A stretch of 64,000 bases of DNA from Candidatus Moraniibacteriota bacterium (lineage in GTDB: Bacteria; Patescibacteriota; Minisyncoccia; Moranbacterales; UBA1568), in the NCBI GenBank assembly GCA_052034975.1, contig JBPOIA010000010.1:12957-76956 (forward strand), read 5' to 3'. This document shows positions 48,106 to 57,942 of this stretch, piece by piece. The notes under the pieces were generated by a model that saw only the letters and a program-made list of their open reading frames with translations, ran no database searches and was not told the origin of the DNA. Numbering within the stretch: position 1 is the first letter of the stretch; every line of letters begins with the position of its first letter. The translations under genes were made by a program, and so were the position numbers.

Positions 48106-48639
48106 TCAGGAAGCGATGAGATGTTTCTCGCGGAGGCCGGTAAACATCCCGGCGTAAGCGTCGAAAGCCGCCTGGAACTTTCCGTGCTCGATGTCCGACA
48201 CAATGTCGCGCACTTTCCGGTAGACGACTTCCAATTCTTCCTTCGAAAGCCTGGGCACGATCCGTGGCGAAACGGAGTAATACTCTTGGACCAATGCTTC
48301 GCCGTTGTCGAGTCCTCGTACGAACGTATCGCGGAAACGGCGCAAGACCGTAAGCTCGTGACAGTCATCCGAAAGTCCGGCCGCTTCCGTGCACGCCGTG
48401 GTGAGAAAGCAGCTGCTTTCGCTACTGCTGGTACTCTCCTCGGCTGCATCGGCGCCGGCACTGGATCGCCCGGCATCATACGCCGATTGAGCGTCGCTTG
48501 TCGTAAATACCGGATCCGAATCAAAATCAAACGCACCCGGGTGAAAAAGGCAGTTGTCTTCCGGCGGGTTGTTCTTCCCGTCATCGAAGTCTTCTTTACC
48601 TTTCTCGAAATAGTGCTCATTCCATTCATTCCAGCTCAT
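48106..48639 (-). CDS. CFI-box-CTERM-like domain protein
   Basis: Acidic N-part, Ser linker, CFLTTAC...ELTVLRRFRD...GEALVQEYYSVSP; AAGGAG SD. Confidence 0.75.
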   Translation of the reverse strand: MSWNEWNEHYFEKGKEDFDDGKNNPPEDNCLFHPGAFDFDSDPVFTTSDAQSAYDAGRSSAGADAAEESTSSSESSCFLTTACTEAAGLSDDCHELTVLRRFRDTFVRGLDNGEALVQEYYSVSPRIVPRLSKEELEVVYRKVRDIVSDIEHGKFQAAFDAYAGMFTGLREKHLIAS

Positions 48640-48831
48640 TTGAGGCTCTCCTTCATAACAGTGGATTGATTGATTTTTTAACGAACGAATTGCCCCCTCT
48701 TTGTAGATGGTGTAGCACATCTTCAAGAAACAGTCAACAGGAACTGTCGCTTGTTTCTTTATGAAAAAACGTTCAAACAAAATGCCAAGAGGGAGATTTT
48801 CTGTTAAGCTGTCAGCATTGAAAGGTCCAGT

Positions 48832-50241
48832 ATGCTTCGTTCCAAGTATCGCATCATAAACGCCATTATCGGAGCAGGACTCCTCTTTTGGCTTGCGTTC
48901 GTCATCTACTCGACACTCTGGAACGAATTTCGCGTATCAGACATCACACTTGATGACGTTACTTCCGTATTCGATGACCGGGTGCCGATCGGGGTCGCCG
49001 GAACGGGATCGATGTATCCTACGTTTCCAAAAGGTTCCTGCACCGAAGGAATCTGCCCGGACGAAACTGTCGCGGAGCCGTTGATGCATCCGTTTTCGCG
49101 GGATGATGACGCTATCCGATTTGGCGATATTATCTCGTTTTATAACGAAAAGACAAAAGAAATCACCGAGAAAGCGCACGGTGAAGCACGCGGCTATATC
49201 AAGCGCGTAATCGGTATCGCCGGCGATACGCTTGAAATTCGCGACGGGTTCGTATGGCGGAATGGTCTCCGAATCGATGAGCCGTATACCGCCGAACCGC
49301 GCTCGACATTCGGCGGGGATTTCGCTTCGGAATGCCAGGCGATCCGTATTCCCGACGGGAAGCTCTTCGTGATGGGCGACAACCGCAAGGGAAGCGGGGA
49401 TTCGCGCGCGGAACTCGGGCTGGTGGACATCGCCGACATCGATCATTATCTGCCATTGAGTGAGCAGGAAGATTACCGGTCGCTTTGGAGAGGGGATTCC
49501 TCGCACGATGCGGAGCAAGCCGAACATCCGGTTCTCGGTGTTTCGGAATTCGTCTCGCTCATCAACGAGAAGCGTCTTGCCAAGAAACGCAAACCGCTCA
49601 TCTACGACGAGAAGCTCGCGCAATCAGCAGACAAGCGGCTCGTGACGATGGCGACCTATGATGATTTCTCGTACGAAGCAAAAAAGAGCGGCTATGGAAT
49701 GAATCAGGCGCTCCGCGACGTGAAGTATTACAACCGTGTCTGGGGCGAGGGGTATAGTCTCGGTTATTACACCGCACAAGAGCTCTTGGAAAGCTACGCA
49801 GAATCTTCGAAATGGGAGGATTTCATCCTGGACGCCGATTATCAGGACATCGGCATCGCGGCACGTGTCGTAGAGGTCAATGATTGTCCGACGCAGGTCA
49901 TCGTGCTCCATATGGGTGGCTATGTCCCGCCGAATTACAAAGCCGAAGATATCGCTTCGTGGAAAAGCGCGCTCGCCGGACTGAAGAAGGTCCGACCGAG
50001 TTGGCGGAACTGGGACAAGGACTCGGATTTTTATGAAAAGTATAAAAAAGATATTAAACGTTTGAATGAGATCATCGACCTCCGTATCGCCCGAATGGAA
50101 AAAATCATCGCTCGGATGGAGGCGAAACAATGGCTCACGGCCGAAGAAGAGCGTTTCGTGACAGAAGACGACGCTTTGTTTGAGGAAGAAGACAAGTTGG
50201 CTGAAAAGATCAACAAGGCGATAGGGAAATGGTACGAATGA
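48832..50241 (+). CDS. Signal peptidase I fused to a CAP/SCP domain
   Basis: GTGSMYPT (Ser), YIKRVIG (Lys), GDNR..SGDSR; then LINEKR..PL..L.QSA...GE...YQDIGIA CAP pattern. Confidence 0.85.
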   Translation: MLRSKYRIINAIIGAGLLFWLAFVIYSTLWNEFRVSDITLDDVTSVFDDRVPIGVAGTGSMYPTFPKGSCTEGICPDETVAEPLMHPFSRDDDAIRFGDIISFYNEKTKEITEKAHGEARGYIKRVIGIAGDTLEIRDGFVWRNGLRIDEPYTAEPRSTFGGDFASECQAIRIPDGKLFVMGDNRKGSGDSRAELGLVDIADIDHYLPLSEQEDYRSLWRGDSSHDAEQAEHPVLGVSEFVSLINEKRLAKKRKPLIYDEKLAQSADKRLVTMATYDDFSYEAKKSGYGMNQALRDVKYYNRVWGEGYSLGYYTAQELLESYAESSKWEDFILDADYQDIGIAARVVEVNDCPTQVIVLHMGGYVPPNYKAEDIASWKSALAGLKKVRPSWRNWDKDSDFYEKYKKDIKRLNEIIDLRIARMEKIIARMEAKQWLTAEEERFVTEDDALFEEEDKLAEKINKAIGKWYE

Positions 50242-50258
50242 TTTTTCCCTCGGAACTC

Positions 50259-50286
50259 TTGACAAATCAGAAAATCGTTTTATAAT
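50259..50286 (+). promoter_or_regulatory. Consensus sigma70 promoter for glgC
   Basis: TTGACA, 16 nt, TATAAT. Confidence 0.75.
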
Positions 50287-50336
50287 AGGGCATCGTTCGT
50301 TTCCAATTTTTCCTCTCTTTCCAAAGGAGATTTTCG

Positions 50337-51554
50337 ATGAAAAAAATCATCACGTTCATTTTGGCCGGTGGTGTCGGTTCACGACTCGGTCCGTTGACTG
50401 TTTCGCGTTCCAAACCGGCTGTGCCGTTCGGTGGCAAGTATCGCATCATCGATTTTATGATGTCGAACTGCCTCAATTCCGGCCTGTTTAAAATTATGGT
50501 GCTCGTGCAGTATCGCGCCCAGGGGCTTATCGACCATCTGCAAGACCACTGGTCGTCCCAACCCCGATTCGGGTATTTCGTGCATACAGTGCCACCGCAA
50601 CAGATGTTCGGCACCGAATGGTATCGGGGCACGGCGGACGCGGTGTATCAGAACCTGCCGATTGCCATCAGGCGCAACAACGTCGATACGGCCGCTATCC
50701 TTTCGGGTGATCATATCCTGGCGATGGATTTCGAACAGATGTACGAATACCATTGCGATAAGCATTCGGCGTTCACGGTGTGTGCCCTTTCGGTACCATC
50801 CGAACGGGCAGCCGGGCAATTCGGTGTCATCGAAGTCGAGAGCGGGATGCGCATCGTCGGTTTTGAAGAAAAACCAGCTATGCCCAAGGAAATCCCGGGA
50901 AAACCGGGCTGGTGTCTGATTTCGACCGGAAATTACTTCGCCAATATCCCGCATCTCAGACAAGCGCTCGAAGAAAACACCGCCGATCCCCATACCTCGC
51001 ACGATTTCGGCAAAGATATCATCCCAAAAATGGTGAGGGAGGGAGCGGCGGTGTACGCGTACGATTTCCGGGATAACAAGATTCCGGGACAGGAAGAGCA
51101 TTATTGGCGGGACGTCGGCACGATTCAATCGTATTTCGACGCCAATATGGACCTCGTGTCCATCACGCCGGAGCTCAATGTCTATAACGAAGAGTGGCCG
51201 ATCCTGACGCCCGCCGATAATCTGCCGATGGCGAAATTCACGGAAACCAGCGAGCACGGCTGCTTGGCACGGAGTTCGGCGCTCTCCGGCGGCTGTATCG
51301 TCGAGGATTCCAAACTCTACAAGGCGGTCATCGGCCGGAAGACGCGTGTGTATAATTCCGTCATCGAAGAATCGGTGCTGTTTTCGGAGATAAATGTCGG
51401 ACATCGCTCGTATCTGCGGCGTGTTATCGTCGATCGCGGTGTCAGTATTCCTCCGGGAACGATTATCGGGATCGATCAGGAAGCGGATCGTGCTCGCGGC
51501 CTGTATGTCGACGAGAGCGGCATCACCGTTGTGCCAAGGCATTTCACGTTCTAG
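50337..51554 (+). CDS. glgC: Glucose-1-phosphate adenylyltransferase
   Basis: LAGGVGSRLGPLT..RSKPAVPFGGKYRIIDF, WYRGTADAVYQN, SGDH, FEEKP, DFGKDIIP, YWRDVGT. Confidence 0.95.
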   Translation: MKKIITFILAGGVGSRLGPLTVSRSKPAVPFGGKYRIIDFMMSNCLNSGLFKIMVLVQYRAQGLIDHLQDHWSSQPRFGYFVHTVPPQQMFGTEWYRGTADAVYQNLPIAIRRNNVDTAAILSGDHILAMDFEQMYEYHCDKHSAFTVCALSVPSERAAGQFGVIEVESGMRIVGFEEKPAMPKEIPGKPGWCLISTGNYFANIPHLRQALEENTADPHTSHDFGKDIIPKMVREGAAVYAYDFRDNKIPGQEEHYWRDVGTIQSYFDANMDLVSITPELNVYNEEWPILTPADNLPMAKFTETSEHGCLARSSALSGGCIVEDSKLYKAVIGRKTRVYNSVIEESVLFSEINVGHRSYLRRVIVDRGVSIPPGTIIGIDQEADRARGLYVDESGITVVPRHFTF

Positions 51555-51572
51555 TTTGGACATCGTCCGTCT

Positions 51573-51608
51573 AGGCCTCACCGGGTTTTCCTGGTGAGGC
51601 TTTTTTTT
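51573..51608 (+). terminator. Intrinsic terminator after glgC
   Basis: GGCCTCACC..GGTGAGGCT stem plus long T-run. Confidence 0.8.
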
Positions 51609-51729
51609 ATTGCTAAACGAAGTGAATGGAGTGAAAATTTATTTTCACCACGGCGCCCAGAACCTGTTCTGAAGCGAATACCCGTTATTGACGTAGAAAG
51701 TTTCGTATCGTATCATTCTGAGCACTGTT

Positions 51730-52065
51730 ATGAAAATGGAAAAGAAAATTTTGAGCCGTGCCACGATCAAGGTCTGTCTGCACGGGAAATGCCTTACTCG
51801 CGGTGCCGAAGACGTGTATCAGAACCTCAAAGACGGCCTCTCGCCAGAAGAAGCCCTTGTCCTTCCGGTACGGGAATGTTTCGGTCGTTGTGCTGACGGA
51901 CCGAATATCGCCATCAACGACAACATTGTCAGAAACATACAGCCATTCCTTGCGGTGGAAACGGTCCGGCGAGAACTTTCCGATCCGTCGTGCAAAGCGG
52001 ACGGTTTGGGGTCGAAAACGATTGAAGAGCTCGACACTGTCCTCGATCAAATCGACAAGCTTTGA
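51730..52065 (+). CDS. Thioredoxin-like [2Fe-2S] ferredoxin (NuoE-type)
   Basis: VCLHGKCLTRGA...ECFGRCADGPN. Confidence 0.85.
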   Translation: MKMEKKILSRATIKVCLHGKCLTRGAEDVYQNLKDGLSPEEALVLPVRECFGRCADGPNIAINDNIVRNIQPFLAVETVRRELSDPSCKADGLGSKTIEELDTVLDQIDKL

Positions 52066-52160
52066 ACCGGCTCACACATCACTTGTGCGAAAACGCTTCG
52101 CGTGATAAAGTGGAAAATCAGCTTTAAAGAACGCCTCTTGGAGGGGAGGAAAGGAAGCGT

Positions 52161-52610
52161 ATGGAATGGAAAGACGTTTCTTCCGCCAGTGAAGCGTATC
52201 GGAAAAAAGCCAGAGATCGATTCTCGGCTTTATGGACGACTTTACAGGAAAAAGTTGGGATTCTTAGAGGTCGGATGCCGGCGATCAAAACTATCGATCC
52301 AAGAAGCTCTCTCCGACGAGCGTCTCTTGCGACAAAAAGCTTTTTCTCTGACGCGTATTCAAAATATGCTGTCCGCGGCGACTATTCATCGCGCTCGCTT
52401 CTTATTATCTTTGTCGTCGCGATCTTCCTCGGCATCCTCGTAAAGGCCTCGCTTTCTGATGTGTTCACTATCGGATTTGAGGATTATACGCTCGCTCCGG
52501 CCGAACACCTGATCGATCTGAATGCCGTACAGCACCGACTGCTCCAAGAGGGAGGGTCGCTCACGCTCTCTGGCGATGGTGCGGCCGTCGGACCGTCGTG
52601 TTCGCAATAA
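52161..52610 (+). CDS. Hypothetical membrane protein
   Basis: 149 aa with one TM, upstream of the DsbA-like gene. Confidence 0.55.
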   Translation: MEWKDVSSASEAYRKKARDRFSALWTTLQEKVGILRGRMPAIKTIDPRSSLRRASLATKSFFSDAYSKYAVRGDYSSRSLLIIFVVAIFLGILVKASLSDVFTIGFEDYTLAPAEHLIDLNAVQHRLLQEGGSLTLSGDGAAVGPSCSQ

Positions 52611-52644
52611 ATTTTTCCTAATCACACTAATCATCTTCAGACGT

Positions 52645-53697
52645 ATGGAACAGCACCTCACTCCCGAAACGGCTACCGTTTCCGCCGCAAGCGAGACTTC
52701 GAAGGTGAAGAACCTCTCGGCGCTCATCATTATCCTTGCCGGACTGTTCATCGGCAGTCTCTTCGTCGATCTGGTGCAGCTTGTGATGGGAAAAGGATTT
52801 TCTGGTCGGGCTGTCCGAACGCATGGTGTCCTCGAAACCGCCGGAAAAACCTGGGTAGCTTTCACCGATCCGAAAATATCCGTCGAAGCGATCACTGAAA
52901 AAGATTGCGTCGAATGCGATCCAAGCGAAGCACTCGTATGGCTGCGCCGTGTCTTGCCGACACTCGAAGCGACGGAAGTGGATAGATCTTCGGAACAGGG
53001 AAAAATGCTCATCGAACGTTTTGGCATCGCGACATTGCCGGCATTCGTATTCTCGCAAAGCGTCGCCCGCACCGATTTCTATACCCAGGCATCCAGTCTC
53101 TTTACCGCGGACGGCAACCGATATTTCTTTGATATGAATGCGCTCGGAATGCCGGTCGGAAAATACCTCAATCTTCCCGAGGTAAGTGATGATTCCATCA
53201 CCATCGGTCCGCGCGATGCCAAAGTGCGTGTCGTGGAGTTCTCGGATTTCCAGTGCCCGTACTGCAAAGCGTTCCAAAAGACACTTTTCGACGTGCTGAA
53301 AGACTATGAAGGCGAAGTTCTCTTCGTGTACAAACATCTCCCGCTCCCGATTCATACTCAGGCCGAAAACGCCGCATTGGCCGCCGAATGCGCCAACGAG
53401 CAAGGGAAGTTCCGTCAATACTCCGATTACCTCTTCGCGAAACAGAACGACTGGAGCCGCACGACAACCACGCAGCGATTCAAAGACTATGCCTGGTATC
53501 TGCGCCTGGACGGACGGACGTTTAGTGCCTGTATGGACAGCCGGAAGTATGCCGACAAAATCGAATCCGATCTCGCGGAGGCCGTTCGTTTCTCTCTCGG
53601 CGGTACACCCGCGACGTTCGTCAATGAAACCCTGCTCGATGGGGCAGTGGAGCCAGAGGATCTCCGCAACGCTATCGAGGAAGCGCTGATACAATAG
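52645..53697 (+). CDS. DsbA-family thioredoxin-domain protein
   Basis: N-terminal TM; CVEC and EFSDFQCPYC; HLPL, GTP. Confidence 0.9.
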   Translation: MEQHLTPETATVSAASETSKVKNLSALIIILAGLFIGSLFVDLVQLVMGKGFSGRAVRTHGVLETAGKTWVAFTDPKISVEAITEKDCVECDPSEALVWLRRVLPTLEATEVDRSSEQGKMLIERFGIATLPAFVFSQSVARTDFYTQASSLFTADGNRYFFDMNALGMPVGKYLNLPEVSDDSITIGPRDAKVRVVEFSDFQCPYCKAFQKTLFDVLKDYEGEVLFVYKHLPLPIHTQAENAALAAECANEQGKFRQYSDYLFAKQNDWSRTTTTQRFKDYAWYLRLDGRTFSACMDSRKYADKIESDLAEAVRFSLGGTPATFVNETLLDGAVEPEDLRNAIEEALIQ

Positions 53698-53787
53698 TCT
53701 TGATCGAACGATAACAAAAAACGATCCTCTTCTTTGAGGGATTGATATTTCCCGTTTTTTCGTGTAGAGTAAGAGGTGTTTTTTGTT

Positions 53788-53860
53788 GCCGATGTAGCTC
53801 AGTTGGTAGAGCGGCGCACTCGTAACGCGCAGGTCACCAGTTCAATCCTGGTCATCGGCT
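53788..53860 (+). tRNA. tRNA-Thr (anticodon CGT)
   Basis: GCCGATG/CATCGGC acceptor; GCTC/GAGC D-stem; CT-CGT-AA loop; TTCAATC T-loop; CCA not encoded. Confidence 0.93.
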
Positions 53861-53934
53861 CAAGAAGAAACAAGCTCCGGAAACGGGCTTGTTTTGTTTT
53901 CTGACAGAAAAAAATATGGTATGATACGGAACGT

Positions 53935-55030
<1,096 letters not shown>

Positions 55031-55044
55031 AAAACAAACATCTT

Positions 55045-55746
55045 ATGTTAGAAACGAAACCCATCATCAGATTCGAAAATGTCTCAAAGACATTCCCACC
55101 GGACATCACCGTCCTTGCGGACATAAACCTTGTCATCGAGCCGGGAGAATTTGTCTCTATCGTCGGCGCGAGCGGCATCGGCAAATCGACGCTCCTCAAG
55201 CTCATCTACGCCGAAGAAGAACCGACGCAGGGTGAAATATATTTCAACGAACGGCCGCTCAGCAAGATCAACCGCAAGCATCTCCCGTTCTTCCGGCGCA
55301 ACATCGGCACAGTATTTCAGGATTTCAAACTCCTCCTGCAGAAAACCGCATTTGAAAACGTCGCCTACGCGCTCGAAGTCGACGGAAAAAGTACGGCAGA
55401 AATACAAGCAGAAGTGCCAGAAATACTCGAGATCGTCGGCCTCGGGGATAAGATGCACAAATTCCCAAAGCAGCTCTCCGGCGGGGAACAGCAGCGTGTT
55501 TCGCTCGCTCGGGCGCTCATCCACCGACCGAAAGTCATCATTGCCGATGAACCGACCGGTAATCTCGATCCTGGCTCAACCGACGAGATCATTCAGCTCC
55601 TCCTCGAAATCAATTCTTTCGGCACGACCATCCTTTTGGCTACGCATAACCAGCGCATCGTCGACAAACTCGGCAAACGCGTCATCCTCATCGATCAGGG
55701 TCGGGTCTCACGCGATTTGAGCAAAGGCAAATATCTCGTGCATTAA
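55045..55746 (+). CDS. ftsE: Cell division ABC ATPase FtsE
   Basis: [33 protein letters not shown]; followed by ftsX. Confidence 0.93.
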   Translation: MLETKPIIRFENVSKTFPPDITVLADINLVIEPGEFVSIVGASGIGKSTLLKLIYAEEEPTQGEIYFNERPLSKINRKHLPFFRRNIGTVFQDFKLLLQKTAFENVAYALEVDGKSTAEIQAEVPEILEIVGLGDKMHKFPKQLSGGEQQRVSLARALIHRPKVIIADEPTGNLDPGSTDEIIQLLLEINSFGTTILLATHNQRIVDKLGKRVILIDQGRVSRDLSKGKYLVH

Positions 55747-55755
55747 AAAAAACTT

Positions 55756-56670
55756 ATGAATTCGCTCAAACTGTGGCGGACCTGCAAAGAGGGGATAGAG
55801 AACTTCCGGCGAAACGGCTGGCTTTCGTTCGCGACCGTTTCCATCCTCTCGCTCTCCCTCTTCATCGTGAGCCTTTCATTCTTGTTTGGCACCACGATGC
55901 ACCTGATGCTCGAGAATATGCGCGAGAAAGTGAGCGTGAGCGTCTCATTCAATCCTGATGTTTCGGAAGAGCGCATTCGGGAAATCCGCGACGAACTCGC
56001 CAAATACAAGAAAGAGATTTCTTCCGTAGAATACGTCTCGCGCGAACAGGCCTTGAACGATTTTCTCGGCGAAAGCGGTAACGACCCGATCATTGAACAG
56101 GCGATCCAGGAAATTGGCGAGAACCCGCTCCTCTCTTCGCTCGTCATCAAGGCCGAACGCCCCGAGGATTACCCGGTCATCGTCGAACAGATCGAGCGCT
56201 CGGCATTCCAAAGCGACATCAGTCGTATTAATTATCAGAAGAACAAGAAGATATTCGAACGATTGGAACGCATCAGCCGCGCAGCGGAACAAGCAGGGCT
56301 TTTTCTTGGTTTTGTCTTCATCTTCATCGCCGTTCTTATTACTTTCAACGCTATCCGGATCACCATTTATTCCCACCGACAAGAATTCGAGATTATGCGG
56401 CTGGTAGGCGCATCGAATACCTATGTACGGATGCCATTCGTTTTCGAAGGAATTCTCTACGGCCTCGCAGCGGCACTCATAACCAGCCTCATCCTTCTTG
56501 CCGTCGCGTATTACCTCGCTCCGTTCACACAGGGCGCTCTTCCACAGGGGAATTTCTTCAACCTGTATCTGAGCTACTTCTGGGCGACTCTCGGCGGGCT
56601 GATTATCCTTGGCATCGGTCTCGGCGTCCTGTCGAGCGCTATTGCTATCCGCCGCTATCTCAAAATCTAA
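55756..56670 (+). CDS. ftsX: Cell division permease FtsX
   Basis: RNGWLSFAT, ENPL, IMRLVGASNTYVRMPFVFEG. Confidence 0.93.
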   Translation: MNSLKLWRTCKEGIENFRRNGWLSFATVSILSLSLFIVSLSFLFGTTMHLMLENMREKVSVSVSFNPDVSEERIREIRDELAKYKKEISSVEYVSREQALNDFLGESGNDPIIEQAIQEIGENPLLSSLVIKAERPEDYPVIVEQIERSAFQSDISRINYQKNKKIFERLERISRAAEQAGLFLGFVFIFIAVLITFNAIRITIYSHRQEFEIMRLVGASNTYVRMPFVFEGILYGLAAALITSLILLAVAYYLAPFTQGALPQGNFFNLYLSYFWATLGGLIILGIGLGVLSSAIAIRRYLKI

Positions 56671-56778
56671 GCCTGAGACTTTATTCGAGTTTCTCCATCA
56701 TTCTTGACAGGAGGATGCTTTTGTTGTATTCTTAAATGTCAAGTTGTTTCACAATCTCATCAATAAACGGAGGCTTTT

Positions 56779-57456
56779 ATGAACGGCAGACTCGCCGCTC
56801 TGCGGCATACACTGCGCGACTATGCCTCCAAAAAGGCATTGTTCGGCTACATCGAGAAGCATCTCTTCACGAGAAAGGATTACCGGTATCGGATCATCCG
56901 AGACGCATATGAACTATGCGAACAGGAATTCGCCGGCATCAAACGGGAGAGCGGCGAACCGTATATGACACATCTCCACGCTGTTATGGTGATCGGTGTC
57001 GTCCATTGCGGCATCCAGGACTACCGAATTATCGCCGCACTCGTCCTCCACGATCTGCAAGAGGATTTCTGGGTCAAGTGGCCGACGTACCATATCGCCG
57101 AACGATACAAGAGAGATATCGCACTCATCGTCGACGAATGCACGATTATCCCGCATTTCTACCATTTCGCCTCGGAAGAGGAGCGGGAAGCGTTCTACTA
57201 TCGGCGCATCAAGAAAAGTCATGCTGTCTCACCTCGGCTGCGAGGGAAGATGCGTCGGAACCGATATGGATCGATACCGGTAAAGCTTTCGGATCGGATC
57301 CATAACATCCTCACGCTCGGATTCGTTGACAGCCAAACACGGCGGATCAACAAGATCCGTGAGACGGAGCGACACCTTCTGTCGCTTGCCCGAAAATACC
57401 AAATCCTCTACAAGGAGCTTTCGGCCGCGCTTCGGGAAGCAAACAGTCTCATCTGA
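56779..57456 (+). CDS. RelA/SpoT-type HD hydrolase (small alarmone hydrolase-like)
   Basis: RESGEPYMTHLHAV, LHDLQED, VKLSDRIHN; no synthetase domain; own promoter (TTGACA 56704) and GGAGG SD. Confidence 0.75.
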   Translation: MNGRLAALRHTLRDYASKKALFGYIEKHLFTRKDYRYRIIRDAYELCEQEFAGIKRESGEPYMTHLHAVMVIGVVHCGIQDYRIIAALVLHDLQEDFWVKWPTYHIAERYKRDIALIVDECTIIPHFYHFASEEEREAFYYRRIKKSHAVSPRLRGKMRRNRYGSIPVKLSDRIHNILTLGFVDSQTRRINKIRETERHLLSLARKYQILYKELSAALREANSLI

Positions 57457-57541
57457 TGCCCGCTTGGAAACATCGTTTCTCGCGGGCAGTTTTTTTTGTT
57501 GATTCTAGACAGATTTTCTGCTAGGATAGCAAAGTGAAAAT

Positions 57542-57598
57542 TGGGGAGTAGCCCCTGGCCGAAGCCAAGGCTTCAGCCGCGGGCAGGCAAGCGGTAAG
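57542..57598 (+). repeat. Duplicated 5' end of tRNA-Gln interrupted by a ~35-nt palindromic insert
   Basis: TGGGGAGTAGCC + CCTGGCCGAAGCCAAGGCTTCAGCCGCGGGCAGG + CAAGCGGTAAG, versus tRNA TGGGGAGTAGCCAAGCGGTAAG at 57854. Confidence 0.85.
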
Positions 57599-57605
57599 AT
57601 ACTCT

Positions 57606-57863
57606 ATGACAAAGTGGTACCTTTACATTTTACAGAGCAAAAAAGACAGTGGTCTGTACGTCGGTATTACAAGGGATATCAATCAAAGACTGCGTCAGCA
57701 TAATGCCGGAAAAACGTTTTCTACACGTTCAAGAAGACCATTCGTCCTTGTTTATTCGGAAGAGTATCAATCTTGTGAAAAAGCAAGGAAACGAGAGAAA
57801 TATTTGAAAAGTTATTCCGGAGGAAAAGAAAAACAGAAAATTATCAAGATCATTGGGGAGTAG
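57606..57863 (+). CDS. Small GIY-YIG nuclease
   Basis: YLYILQS...LYVGIT..INQRLRQHN...LVYSEEY...ARKREKYLKS; stop codon lies inside the tRNA. Confidence 0.93.
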   Translation: MTKWYLYILQSKKDSGLYVGITRDINQRLRQHNAGKTFSTRSRRPFVLVYSEEYQSCEKARKREKYLKSYSGGKEKQKIIKIIGE

Positions 57864-57928
57864 CCAAGCGGTAAGGCACCAGGTTCTGGCCCTGGTATGC
57901 GTAGGTTCGATCCCTACCTCCCCAGCCA
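57854..57928 (+). tRNA. tRNA-Gln (anticodon CTG)
   Basis: TGGGGAG/CTCCCCA acceptor; CCAGG-TTCTGGC-CCTGG anticodon arm; GTTCGATCC; encoded CCA. Confidence 0.95.
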
Positions 57929-57942
57929 ATAATTAATCCTCC

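Noticed and set aside
53810-53830. A31-C39 mismatch in the tRNA-Thr anticodon stem as a sign of a pseudo-tRNA
   Set aside because: All other arms are canonical; one mismatch at this position is not enough.
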